A stretch of 64,000 nt of DNA from Torpedo marmorata (lineage: Eukaryota): positions 18,414,001 to 18,478,000 of the forward strand of contig OZ360252.1 in the NCBI GenBank assembly GCA_977017645.1, read 5' to 3'. Below the pieces are notes generated by a model that did not search any database, had not been told where the DNA came from, and saw only the letters and a program-made list of their open reading frames with translations. Shown here piece by piece: positions 1 through 12,400 of the stretch. Made by a program: the position numbers and the translations under genes. Each line of letters opens with the position of its first letter. The first letter of the stretch is position 1.

Positions 1-149
1 CGGCCAACATGATATCAATGTTATATGGCAATGAATTGTATTGATGCACTTTATGAGCACTTCATAACAGGGAATTATCGATGACCGTTTCCTGTTTTCT
101 ATGGACAATGAAAGTCAAATACAGCTTTGTTCAGAAATCAGGTACTCAC

Positions 150-455
150 CAGAACAGATCATATCGACGCCATTTCTTTGGCTGCAATGATGGGTTGCCG
201 AAGAAAGTGGACAGTCCAACAAGGATGGCTCTTCGCCCTTACATTCCAAGCTCCGGTCAGACGCAGTTCCCTCTTCAAAATAAGCTCCGCGCTGTACGGA
301 TACGGCGACTCCGCATTGAAGCTCACGACACACCACATTGGCATCATCCATATCCCAGTGAAGGTCACATATGTTTTTCCAGTTTTCACCAAACATCACC
401 TCCAGCCTTCCCGAGCAGTGGTCATCTCCGGAAACCAAGCTTGGTACTCTATGGT
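150..455 (-). CDS. Internal exon encoding one group-B SRCR domain (8 Cys) of a CD163/WC1/DMBT1-like receptor (left gene)
   Basis: Acceptor ctttctcag and donor gtgagt flank a 306-bp phase-1/1 exon. It translates as HRVPSLVSGDDHCSGRLEV...ICDLHWD...VVCRELQCG...LECKGEEPSLLDC...HCS...MICS, with all 8 group-B cysteines. Confidence 0.92.
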
Positions 456-1914
456 CTGAGAAAGATATGAACCACAGTTATGATAATGAAAATTGTATAG
501 TAGATTTTCAGACGATTCCTATGGAGATCAGTACATAGCTGTGCTGAAATAAGTTGTGCTCCAGTCTGGACTGCTGCCGATGAGATTTCTCATCCTTCAT
601 CTTCCATCACATTAATTTGATGCAGGTGGAATATTTTTGACAACACAGAACACAGTTTCCGCTCCGTTGTTTCAAACGGAGATTAGATTCAAAAAAATAT
701 ACAGCAAAGTCTCAATAAATGAATATTGTAATCTCATTCCAACAACCTCTGACAGAAGGACACCTTTCCCACTTTATGCATTTTCATCAGGATATCAGAG
801 CTGAGCAAAACGAACCCTCTCTCTTCCTCATACATTAAAGTCTGATCTAATGATGTTGTCGAACACTTCCCATTGTTTCATGCCATAACCTCTATTATAA
901 CCCTCTAGGCGTGGCTGCAAGAATGAACTTTACGTCGGGTTTCACTCTGGAAGGAGAGACTCCATTTTTCTGAACAACCCTCCGCTGGAGTCCAGTCCCA
1001 TACAAACACACCCTCTCTGATAATATGCTGAGAACAGTCGTTCCCTCAGAGTCATTTTTCTCCAGATTCATTATCTCTCTTCCTTCTTTCCAATCTCCGC
1101 CAGCTCACATTTTCGGCGACAACGCTCGTGAATCCACACATCACCTACAAAAATTGCCTCCCAACCACATTTGGGTTTTAATTAGTGGCTCAGGGAGTAT
1201 CCGATGAGAGGTTGCCTCCATGAATGTTTTGCTTTTTGTGTCCAGGAAATACAGGGGAAAGTTATTAAATCAGGGGGCCTTATACTGTGCTGCGGTGATC
1301 TATGTTCTATGTTCTAAGCAAGCATCAATTGAATTCCACCGATCAGTTGATTTGACATGATCGCTTTAAACACCCCGCAGCAGAAATTTGAATAAATATT
1401 AAATGTTGACACTTCTTACGGGAATGTAACAGAAATAATCTTGCAATAGCATATGTCTGAGGAAGTTAAAAATAAAGTCTGCAGGAGGTGTGATTGTAGT
1501 GCAATACACAAAAATGCTGGAGAAAATGAGATTCTGCGTGACCTGCTGAACTTCTCCAGCAATTCCACGTCTGGGGAAGGTATGTTCACAATATCTACGG
1601 ACAGATATGGGCGCAGTAAACAAAAGTACATTTTCAAAATGTAAGTATAACACCTCCTCTGTGTAACAATTAATACCGAGAAACATTGCCTGTGATTTCT
1701 CTCAGCACCGCTTTTCAGTGTTAACAGCATAACCATTGATTCCAGTTGCATTCTCTGAAATTTCACAAAAATATTTGGTTGCAGATAATCGCTCAACTTT
1801 TAGTAAAGGGGCAGGTTAATTATGTCATAAAATACAAACTCCATCCTATTGAAATATAGAGGCGCAGACGTGACGTGCATCAAATAGTAATGTTGGGAAA
1901 TTTGACCTCTCCAC

Positions 1915-2210
1915 AGAGTAAAATACAAAAATGCTGGAGGAACTCAGCACGTGACGCAGCATTCAGAAGAGGTAAATATATAGAACAAACGTTCGGGCCT
2001 GAGCCCTTTTTTAAAGGAAAGAGCAAAAAGCAGGCAGGCGCCTGAATAGAACACCTGGGAGAGAGGGCAGAAAGTGTAACGGGGGAGCACAGGACAACTG
2101 GCAAAATGCGATAATTGGACATGGATGGGAGAGGAGAGCTGAGAATTGATCGGGGAAGGGGTACCTCTGAGAATGTAAAGCTGGAGGAAAGGAGACAGAG
2201 GGAATCTAAA
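1915..2210 (-). mobile_element. Penelope-like element pLTR/3' remnant
   Basis: caaaaatgctggaggaactcagca...cgttcgggcctgagccc matches the pLTR tails at 29227 and 30950. Confidence 0.7.
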
Positions 2211-2211
2211 A

Positions 2212-2299
2212 GTCAGTGAGAGTGAGAGAGTGAGTGAGTGAGTGATAGACAGAGAGAGAGAGAGAGGGGGGAGGGAGAGAGAGAGAGAGAGAGAGAGAG
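2212..2299. repeat. (GA)n/(GAGT)n microsatellite
   Basis: Direct reading of the sequence. Confidence 0.95.
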
Positions 2300-3439
2300 C
2301 TGGAGGAAATGATTTCTGCTGGAATATACAGCCTTTACATTATTGCTTATTCATTGAAAAATCTCCAAACTTGATTGATATTATTTCATACATAGCACGC
2401 TTCTCCCAATCTACGTTAACCAGGTCTTGTGTTATGCCCATGAAATGAACCTTCCCCAAATTAAGAGCTGAAGTTCAGGACCCTTTCCACAACTGCCTTG
2501 AAACTAACAGGATTATTGGCCCTGCTTCTAGAGTCTATACCCAGACATTTCCTCCCCTGCTGCTTATTACTTTGTTTCTTCAGATAACATCTTCTGTAGG
2601 ATTATGCATTTATTGTCTCAGAACCTTGGCCGCACTTAATAAATTATATGCCCTCTATTTCTCTTGCATTAAGAAAATGCCTGTAAACACTGGGGAAGTT
2701 GAAGCACTCACTACTGTAACATTATTGTCCGTAAATCTTCCTGTCATTTGATTGTAGATCTGTTTTTCGAACTTCCACTGATTGAGAGGGTTCTGTTAAA
2801 ACCCCATCGCAGTGACCGTCCCTTAGTATGTTCGGGCGATCTAACCATGGTATCCTCTCCACGTACTGTCGGTTGACTCGGCTATCCTCATATTCCATCG
2901 CCCATCACGTTGAAACGTCGATATTCTGGTCTGGTCTGCCTAATCTATGGCTGCCCTATGCAAAAAAGGAACACTCCCTTCACTTGTGATCTCAAGGAAT
3001 CACAGGTAAACACACTGCCCTGTTGAACTGAATATGAATCGATATCTGGCAGCTCGCACTCGGGAATCCCGACTTGCTAACGTGGGAAAGGCTGAATTGA
3101 GGTCGCACCGCTGAAAACGCTTGGCGTCGGCCAATAGGTTTCGACCCGATAACTTCTCACAAGATCGTTTTCATCTTCAGAAACCTATCGACGTTAACGC
3201 TGAACACTTTGGTAGCGCCAAATGAGTAGTCTAGGTGCAGATTCCCAAAGACGGATAAGCCATTTATCAGCCAGACAGCCCTCTCAATCTCTTTCCTCCC
3301 TTCTTGTACCTTGTCTGACAAGTCTTTGCTCAGGAAGTCCTGATACAGGCTCTCTAGCCGGAAAGCAAACTCAAAACATATGCTTCCACAGCTGCTGTTT
3401 TTAACGTTGAGTATTTTCATAGGAGATCCGATCTTAGAA

Positions 3440-3660
3440 CCATAGAATAATGGAAGACTACAGCTCGGACACATGCCCCGCGGCCCATCTAGTCCGTGCG
3501 CAATATTATCCTGCCTGGTTACATTGACCTGTACCCGGTCCATGGCCCTCCATGCACATCCCATCCATGCACCTATCCATTTTTAATTCAATGTTGAAAT
3601 TGAGCCCCCATTCACCACTTCAGCTGGTACCTCGTACCACACTCTCACCACTCTCTGCGT
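3440..3660 (-). mobile_element. CR1 LINE 3' fragment
   Basis: Typical CR1 3' end in reverse (tagaaccatagaa tail; ccacttcagctgg...accactctctg), similar to 47640-47860. Confidence 0.6.
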
Positions 3661-3716
3661 CATCTGGATCCCAGCACCTGCAGTTACTTCTGCCTTCAAC
3701 CCACCAAAATAACATT

Positions 3717-4659
3717 TGTTACTAATTCAAACCAGCAACGACAGAAGACGCAATGCAAAAGGGGTAAAATTGAAATTTATATTTATTAAAGACAATTAAA
3801 CCTATAATTTCACAACAATTAACCCCACTATAAACGTCTATAAACACTATTCTTATCTAAAAGGTGTGTGTGTGTGAGTAAAGCCCAGACCATTACAGTC
3901 TGTGCCCAACCCTCATGTAAAAATGGAAAAAGCTTTCCCCAAAAACCCCAGGTCAGTCATAAAAACTAATCAGTCCCAAAAATACAGTCCACAAAAATTC
4001 ACTCTCTACGTTCAGGGTTCAAATTCAGCTCTGTGTGCTGACAATCAGGACTTCTTAATGAACGTTGGAGAGAGAGAGAGACAATGACTGTTTATGCTTA
4101 CGAATGCTTGGCTTCCTTTTCTTCTCTGATGACTTTCCCTTCTGGTGTTTTCACAAGGATTGCGAATCCAGATCCCTTTTGGATTGAGGCGTATACTTGG
4201 ATCTTACAGCCTGTTCTTCACAAAAGCTGCTCTCAACTCAGGATTTTGCTGAATCACCAAGGCCTTGCCTCTGGTCCCAACCATATCCTCTGGCATGCAC
4301 AAGCCTGGATTTTCTGATTCAAAAGGCTCTGTTTTCTTCTCCCAACTTCTTATCTGGGATGCACAAGCCTGGATCCTGCTGATTTCTCCAGCCATTGCAA
4401 CTCCAAAATTGCCAATGATTAAATTTTCCACGACTGAACGTTTAATCCTTCCTGCAGGGAGTCTCCAGCTCCCTTCTTAAAAGTTCAACAACCAAGTATC
4501 TTTCTACAGTTTGTCTCGCCTTGGTGCCTCTCTCTGGTAAATACAAGAAGTCCTGGCCAAGTTAACTCCTTCAGTACCAGGTCCCAGTGTGTACTCCAAA
4601 AGACTTCATCCTTCCTGCTGAGCGTCCGCAGTCCAAATGATCAGTCATGGTCCATAACA
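3717..4659 (-). mobile_element. Solo LTR (TG...CA, 4-bp TSD)
   Basis: Termini TGTTA...TAACA are flanked on both sides by CATT (3713-3716, 4660-4663). There is a minus-strand AATAAA near 3783 and an internal duplicated atgcacaagcctggat motif. Confidence 0.75.
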
Positions 4660-5322
4660 CATTTCAAAACCTTCTAATATTCCATGAAACAGACATGGCA
4701 TATTTCACTTAATTCTAATTTTTGTTCAAATATTTTACCCTTGCAACGTCAAATGATATTCGGCTAAATCCAAAGTTTTATTTGATAGGACTTGAAATTG
4801 AAAGCAAAGCTCTGCAGATAACTGTATAATGAAAGTGCTGGGAAATCTCAGAATGTCGGATTGCATCTGTGAAAAGAGAACCAGTGTTAAGGTTTCAGTT
4901 GGAAGATTCATCCTCAGGACGGAAAACGAGAAATCACTTTAGTTTTTAAATGGCAACATTGAGGGTGAGAGAGGGGTGGGTTTAAAGCAAATGCTGCTGG
5001 AGTGTTTGTGGAAACTAATGTCGGAGTGACGTTGTGCAGCACTAGCAGTGGTTTGTAGGAACCAGGGATAAGCAGATGTTATTTGCGTCTTGTTTGAAAT
5101 GTCCGGAGAAGAGCTCGCCACAGTGAGATAAGTGAACATCCAAAGGTTGCAAATGCCTTTTCTATTTAACTGCATCAAGGGCCCCGTTTCTATGACATTA
5201 CATGTGTATCTGAACATTGAAGATTTCTGCAATGCTCTTTGTTTCATAAATTACCAGAAACTGATCTTGTCCAGACACATCAATACAGTGTCGATACAGA
5301 AGTCAATAGAGAACCCTCTGCT

Positions 5323-7458
5323 TAAGTGGTCACAAATGGACAAATTTCTTCAAAATGTTCTTTGACTAGGTCAACTAGACAAGGTTGTCCTTTGTCGCCA
5401 GCATTGTTTATTTTAGCAATAGAACCTTTAGCAGAATTAATCAGACAGGATATTACGATTGTACGTATTAAAGTTGGTAATGAAGAACATAAAATTAGTT
5501 TATTTGCAGATGACGTATTGATTTATATGACAAAACCTATTAATTCTTTAATGCAATTGACTGTTTTATTGAGAGAATATGGGGAAATATCTGGTTATAA
5601 GATTAATTCTGATAAAAGTGAAATTATGGCATTAACATAAGGGGATTATAGTAAATGTAAAGAAATTACACAATTTAAATGGTCAAAGGAAGGAATTAAA
5701 TATTTGAGAATAAAGATTGATACAAAATTAACTAATCTATATAAATTAAATTATTTACCATTATTTGTGAATATAAAAAAGGATCTGGAGAGTTGGAAGG
5801 ATTTACCTATAACTTTAATGGGAAGGGTAAATTGTATTAAAATGAATGTTTTTCCGAGAATTCAATATCTTTTTCAATCAATTCCTTATGAAATTCCTCA
5901 AAATTTTTTGAAAGATTTAAATTTAATTATTAGGAAATTCTTGTGGAAAGGAAAGTTGGCTAGAGAAGGTATGGATAAATTAACTTGGAATTATGAAATG
6001 GGTGGTTTACAACTTCCTAATTTTCAATATTATTATAAAGCAGCCCAATTAAAATTTATTAATGAAATATTTTATTTAGGAAAATTTTCTGCTTGGATTA
6101 GAATAGAATTAAATAATATTGGAGAAGATTTGAAAGAAGAAGTTATTTATAAATGGAATTCTAAATTATTATTAGCAAGGGGGAAACACTCTCCTATTTT
6201 TAAACATTTGTTAGAAATATGGAATAGAGTGGATAGACAGATAGGAGTGAAAGGGCTAATTTCTCGAAAAAATGCCTCAGTATCAAAATAAACTTATTCC
6301 ATTTACTGTTGATAATCAATTATTTAAAATTTGGTTCCAAAAGGGAATTAAGAAAATAAATGATTGTTTTGAAGCCAGTAAATTTATTACTTTTCAAAGA
6401 ATGAAAGATAAGTTTAATGTATCAAATAATAAACTCTTTGCTTATTATCAAATCAGAGCATTTTTAGTTGAAAGATTGGGCTATAGTTTGACTTTACCAA
6501 GACAGAGTGAATTGGAATTATTAGTTACTAATGGAGGTGTTAATAAATTTATTTCTCAAATTTATAGATTGTTACAGAGGAAAATGCCTAAACTAGGAAT
6601 TCATTAATCAAGATTAAATTGGGAATCAGATTTGAATGTAACAATAAATGAAGAACATTGGAATGAATTATGTAAACAAAGTATGACGAAGATTATTAAT
6701 GTTAGATATAGATTAGTGCAATGTAATTTTTTTCATCAATTATATTTAACACCTAAAAAAATAAAGAAATTTAATCCGACATTATCCGTCTTATGTTTTA
6801 GATGTAATAGAGAGGAAGGTTCTTTTGTACATTCTACATGGTTTTGTCCAAAGATATATGATTTTTGGTTGAAGATTAAAAAGTTTCTCGATCAACTATT
6901 AAGAATTACACTCCCAATGGATCCTATGATATTTTTGTTTTGGAGATATCAAAAGAATTATTGTTAAGTTGAAATTAAATATGTATCAAACAGAATTTTT
7001 ACGTATTGCTTTAGCTGTTGCTAAGGAATGCATTGCTATTACATGGAAATCTGATGTAGATTTAGCGTTAGAAAGATGGCATGCAGAACTGCTTTCATGT
7101 ATACCACTTCAAAAAATTACTTATAATTTACGTAATAAATATAATTTCTTTTTGAAAATATGGAGCCCATATATAAAAGCTGTCGGTTTAAGGATTTGAA
7201 GATCTCCGGATATTGGATCTGACTGGCGAACCTGTGTTCCACAATAAAATTAGTTTATAGTTGTTTTGTTTAGAGTGACATTCACATTACTTTATCCTTT
7301 TCTTCTTTCTTTCTTTTTTTTCGGGAGGGTTAGGGAGGGGAGGGAGGGAGGGAGGGAGGGAGGGGTGGTGAAAATGTATCACATGTAATTTGATAATTTT
7401 GCATTTTAAACTGTGTAATGTGTGATTTAAAAATTTTAAATAAAATATATTTTTTTTA
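5323..7458 (+). mobile_element. 5'-truncated L1/Tx1-clade LINE (ORF2 RT to C-terminal Cys motif, 3'UTR), decayed
   Basis: Contains [13 protein letters not shown] and CFRC...H...C motifs split over ORFs 5326-7199 by stops and frameshifts, then a G-rich 3'UTR and aataaa. Confidence 0.93.
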
Positions 7459-7991
7459 AATACAGAAGATCATCAAAACGCCCGAGAAGATCACTGGGGT
7501 CACCCTTTCGCCTATTCACGACATTTACCGGGATCATTTAATAGGGCTCGGAAATTCGATAAAAACATTTCCATCTTTGACCCACTACCATCAGGGAGGA
7601 TGTACAGGAGCATCAAAATCAGGACTGCCAGACTGGCAAATAGTTCATTCCCGCAAGCTGTGAGATTGATAAACAGAATCCTGTAATGGAGTAAATTATC
7701 CCAAAATAGTCACACATATTTATATTAAATTATATCTGTATGTATATGTGCGATTATTANNNNNNNNNNNNNNNNNNNNNNNNNNNNNNNNNNNNNNNNN
7801 NNNNNNNNNNNNNNNNNNNNNNNNNNNNNNNNNNNNNNNNNNNNNNNNNNNNNNNNNNNNNNNNNNNNNNNNNNNNNNNNNNNNNNNNNNNNNNNNNNNN
7901 NNNNNNNNNNNNNNNNNNNNNNNNNNNNNCGCTGTTTTATCTCTTCACATATATATCGTCAGATGATAATAAACGTGAACATGACTTGATC
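7459..7991 (+). mobile_element. Rex1/Babar LINE 3' fragment spanning the assembly gap
   Basis: LPSGRMYRSIKIRTARLANSSFPQAVRL resembles the C-terminus of the ORF at 34050. An aataaa plus short-repeat tail follows the gap. Confidence 0.7.
7760..7929. other. Assembly gap (N run)
   Basis: 170 N characters. Confidence 0.99.
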
Positions 7992-8861
7992 TTTAACATA
8001 ATGGCTCCTTGATATATTTCCATCAACTCTGAAATGTCCTCACTGATCACATGGGTCACTTCTGATCACACGCAAGACGATTGAAATCTCTAACGACAAA
8101 GCAGCTCATTTCAACCATTCAATTCCAACGCTCTATCCATTCCTTCCACGGTCCGATACCGACGTTCGCTCCATGGCCGCGAAACCTGACTGCAGTATGG
8201 AGCCTGTACTAATTATATTGCACCAACTCTGCCGGGTGCTAACAATAAAGTCCTTATTGGAGCAGAAAGAACCCCAAGCGGATTGGATCAAAGGTACCAG
8301 CCGATGCCCCTCAGTCACATCACCCTGATATGCAGATACGTCCTTGTTACTTTATCATAACTGCATAAATCCTGGAAATCTCCCAGTAAAGGCCACCCAA
8401 CAGTGGAGATCCAAGAGGATTTTGTTTTATCATTTTGTGGACACGCGAGACTGCAGATGCTGGAATCTGAAGCAAACCACAAACGGTTGAACGAGCCCGA
8501 ACTGTCAAGCAGCATCTGGTGGACGGGGGGGGGGGGGGGCGGGGGAGGGGTTGTCAAATTTCCGAGTCGGACGGTGCATCAGATTAGAAGCTGCTCGACG
8601 CCCTGAAATCTTCCAGCAGTTGGTTTGTGCTTTGCTCCGTACGAACACGGTGCAGATTATTTAATGCCACCGGTTATGGACGACAGATTAAAACGGGTGT
8701 GAGTTCTGTAACACAAATTGTGATCCCAATATAACAGAAATAATACCGCCAGAAACTGGATGTAATTTCACATCAGTCGCGGGCAGTCGGATGGTTTTAC
8801 ACCCGGGCGTCCCGGAACAATTCAAGCGGTGGGACCGAAGTAAGAAAAGGTGGATCATTAC

Positions 8862-9176
8862 CTGAGCAGATAACGCCGGCATCGTTGAAGTGGAAAAGTT
8901 CATATAAACTCCACGGTAGCGATGGACAGTCCCGCAGAGCGTTCTCATTCCCGGTGCACTTAACATTCCACGTCACGACGGGTCCAGTCCCCGGTCCAAA
9001 GTGAGAATTGCCCGGGGCTTGCAGCGCGGCGCCGCAGCCCGTCTCCCGACACACCACAGCCGCATCGTCCAGGTCCCAGCCGGTACCTTCCACAGTTCCC
9101 CAGACTCCCTGCTGGTAAACCTCCACTCTCCCTGCGCACGGACTGCCCCCATTCACCAGCCTCAACACGACGCTCT
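8862..9176 (-). CDS. SRCR-domain exon (6 Cys; lacks C2 and C7), probably the first domain of the left gene
   Basis: ttttgtttcag acceptor, gtaatg donor, 315 bp, phase 1/1. Translates as ESVVLRLVNGGSPCAGRVEVYQQGVWGTVEGTGWDLDDAAVVCRETGCG...VKCTGNENALRDC...DAGVICS. Confidence 0.93.
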
Positions 9177-9793
9177 CTGAAACAAAACAGAAACATCAGC
9201 ACCGGGATCGCCAGCGTCTCGTTCCGCGTCTCGGCGCACCGCGCTCCCAGCTCACCGCCGCTCACCCATTCAACGTCCACACATCTTCAACGGAAGGACC
9301 AGTCTGTGGTTACCCCGAATAAACTGCCTAAAGTGGCGAATACATGCAGTCATTTGGTGAACGTCCCAAGTACCGGGAGTAACCCGTTGTTCCAGGGAAC
9401 AAGGCGGCTCCCAGGAAGAGAGGGGCGTGCCCGTTTACACTCCCCGGAGAGCGGCTGATGGGAGAGTCGTGTCGGAGGCCGGTTGTAGCCAGTTCCCATC
9501 GCCATGTAGTGGACCCAACACGTGGTAGTGGTATGAACCTATTCTGGGAACTGAACATCAAAGGACAAAGCGTCGGAGTGGGTCTTCAGCACGGCAAAGG
9601 TGGGGTAAACTGTGGGAGCTCATTTGCAACCCGGAACAAAGTCAACGTGGTCAGTGCACGACACCGCGCCGTTCAGAAACCTGTTTGATTGTCGCCCGCG
9701 TGAATTTAGCGGTCATCTCTCAGCTGCAAATCTTTAGTAACAACCAGTCTCAACAGCCCCACACTAATTACAGTGAAAATTAAATGCCATTAC

Positions 9794-9826
9794 CTGATCG
9801 GTCAGCCAGACAATTCCTGAGGAGGT
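9794..9826 (-). CDS. 33-bp mini-exon, probably the end of the signal peptide of the left SRCR gene
   Basis: ctaat branch site, ttctcattccag acceptor and CAG|gtaatg donor. Phase 1/1 reading xLLRNCLADRS joins in frame to the SRCR exon and is conserved in the other arm. Confidence 0.7.
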
Positions 9827-10759
9827 CTGGAATGAGAAATTCAGAATTAGATTTGGCTCTAGGCCTGTGGGATTTGAATGTGCGAGGGAGGGCTTCATGG
9901 GGAGGCCGGACAACAAACTAATAAACTCAAAGGAAAAAGAACCGACAGCAAACTGAGGGGTCTGTTTGAACACATCGACGGAGAGTCTGTTACAGCAAAT
10001 AATTTAAGATTCACACCTGATTTTCTTTATTAATGAAACTATAATCAATCCTCGGCAACTATTAATTCGCATTGTGCCTTCAATAAGAACGAAAATAGAT
10101 TTGAGATCTGCTGACATCAGGGTAGGACTTTTCCCCGTGAGCTGGATGCCACGACTGATTAGTTTTCTATCTCCAGGAGACACGAGGGTTGCTGATAATG
10201 AATCTTCTGTTGCCACCGTCATGGGACAATTTGCTGCGGCAGCGGGATTTCGGCCCGTGGAGACTATACCAGCCCATTTCGTGGCCGATCAGATGAGGGC
10301 ATCTTCATTCGCTTTTCCCCGTTGATCTGGAAATTTGTTGTAATGCCATTCTATTTATTCCAGTAGAAAGTGCCTTATGCAATCCATGGAGAAGAACTAT
10401 ATCTTTGCTCCCTGCACTGCTTAAGATTGTGGCGCTCATTCTGTCTCGAGCTGCGATTCTCATTTGAATTTTAAATTGCACAGGCAAAGTTCCATATGCC
10501 ACACACGTTCATTTTAATTTGTCAGCTTCCTGCTGTTGAAATCTCCGATATCATGAGCAAGATTATTTCATGGAGAGGTACAGATCGTTCAGCTCAACAC
10601 GCCGATGCGGAACAAGTTGGCAATCTTGGTTGGTGACTTTTGCTGGCAATTCGTAAGCCGTTCCCGTGCATATATCTGTCCAAATGTCTTTTGCACGTGT
10701 AAACTTTGCCCGCTTCTACAGACTATTCAGTCCAGGCACGTCGTTCCAGATAAGGACCA

Positions 10760-11310
10760 TCGTCCGAGTGCAAAGTGTTACCCCTCGGGTCCCTTTTAAA
10801 TCTCAGACTGAACCTCTGCCTCCAGTTGTAGATTCGTCTATCCAGGAATAAAAAGACTGTGAGCATTCACTTTATTCATGCTCGTCATGAACGTGTGAAC
10901 ATCGGTCAGGTCACATCAAGCCTCATATGCTCTGTGAAACAATGCCACAGCGTATTTACCCTCTTACTCTGCCCCTTGCCCTCTTGTCCCGCCACCTTCC
11001 TCGCGACCCTCCTTTGCACCACTTCCAACTTTTTGATGTCCTTCCTGCAAATAAACGACCAGAATTCTCAAATATCACAAACATCTTGTGCAGATGAATC
11101 ATGTGGGCACAACCTTTGTACGTGGACACAGCACCGATGCCTGCCTAACTTCTCTAGCCGCGGCCCTCCAATCAAATCTACTTCCGAACACCAATCTCGA
11201 CTGTCCCATTCCTCCAAACCAATCTTGAATCCAAAGGGCCAGCTCCTCTGGTCTCACGAAATCTAGCCTTCCGGACGAAACTGCAATGCAGGACCTTGTC
11301 AAAGTTCATA
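10760..11310 (-). mobile_element. Old degenerate CR1 LINE fragment (mirrored at ~61520-62070)
   Basis: Remnants of CR1 RT and 3' region (WIQDW...VREVRQASVL resembling VTSGVPQGSVL; gggacccgagggg). Confidence 0.55.
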
Positions 11311-12109
11311 TATACAACAGTACCATCGACAAAATTAACTCCTGATTATTTTTCCAGGTCGGATTAATTCAATGTGGAAACTGTGACGTTAAATTGTATT
11401 TTTAAATTTGCTTGTGCTGAATCCGTGAATAATATTCAAGGATTTGGTCAAATCCTATATTTCTGCAGCGCGGGCTCGTGGGCAGGAAGGGCCTGTTACC
11501 GTGTTGTATCTCTAAATTAATATTCCAACGTTCACACATTGGTTTATTTCTGCCCCGGGTTATCCGGCAACAGTTGGGCATAATTTACTCGCACTCCTGA
11601 GTGCTCTTTCAGACTTTGCTCAGGTAATAGGTGCTCATCGCGAATTGTCATTTTCTTTTATTTGATGAAGTGGGAAATTTTAGTTTTATTTTACAACTTA
11701 AAGGCCTTTGTTCACCTGTTTCCTCCTGTCATGTATACTGATTATATTAGCTCAGAGCGAGTGAACAATAAAATGAGTGAGCACCACACTCTTTATTTTA
11801 GTGTCATATCTCGCTCCAGAATGATATTTACAGGTCAAGCCCATCCCGACATTGGAGAATATATTTTGTCAGGCATGCCTCACGATTCTTCAAATATGTC
11901 AAGCAAGTTAAATCAATATTATTTCACCGCTGCGATTGTTTAACTTTATAATGTTCTATTTCTTTGCTTGTAAAGATTAAAATTAAACCCATCAGCCCCT
12001 TTGCGTCCAGGAAGAGCATGGAGATTTCTTTAATTTTATGGAGATTTTGTTTTATAAAACCATTTGTTTTGCCTCTCAATTATATCCCTTCATTAAACCA
12101 ATCCTCACG

Positions 12110-12400
12110 CATCAACTCCCCCTTGACACTATTCGTGATTCAAATAATCAGTCATTTATGGCAGCCAATTAACCTACCGACGCGAAAGCTATTGGATGTG
12201 GGAGGAATCCACGGTACCCGGAGAAACCCACGGGAATAGCGGGAAAACATTCGAGGTTCACGCAGACAGCGCCGGAGGTTAGAATTGGACCAGGGTCACC
12301 ATAGATTAACTGAGGTCTCAAGCCCGACATAGTGGTTACCCTTCGCTTGTCATGGATGCTGCGTGACCTGCTGAGTTCCTCCAGCACTGTTGTGTATTAC
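12110..12400 (-). mobile_element. tRNA-derived SINE remnant plus Penelope pLTR tail (mirrored at ~58425-58710)
   Basis: gtgggaggaatccacggtacccggagaaacccacg SINE core, followed by gctgcgtgacctgctgagttcctccagcac. Confidence 0.6.

Noticed and set aside
7324-7366. (GGGA)n G-quadruplex-like tract
   Set aside because: Ordinary G-rich L1 3'UTR feature.
7740-8012. ORFs containing X runs
   Set aside because: Artefacts of the N gap.
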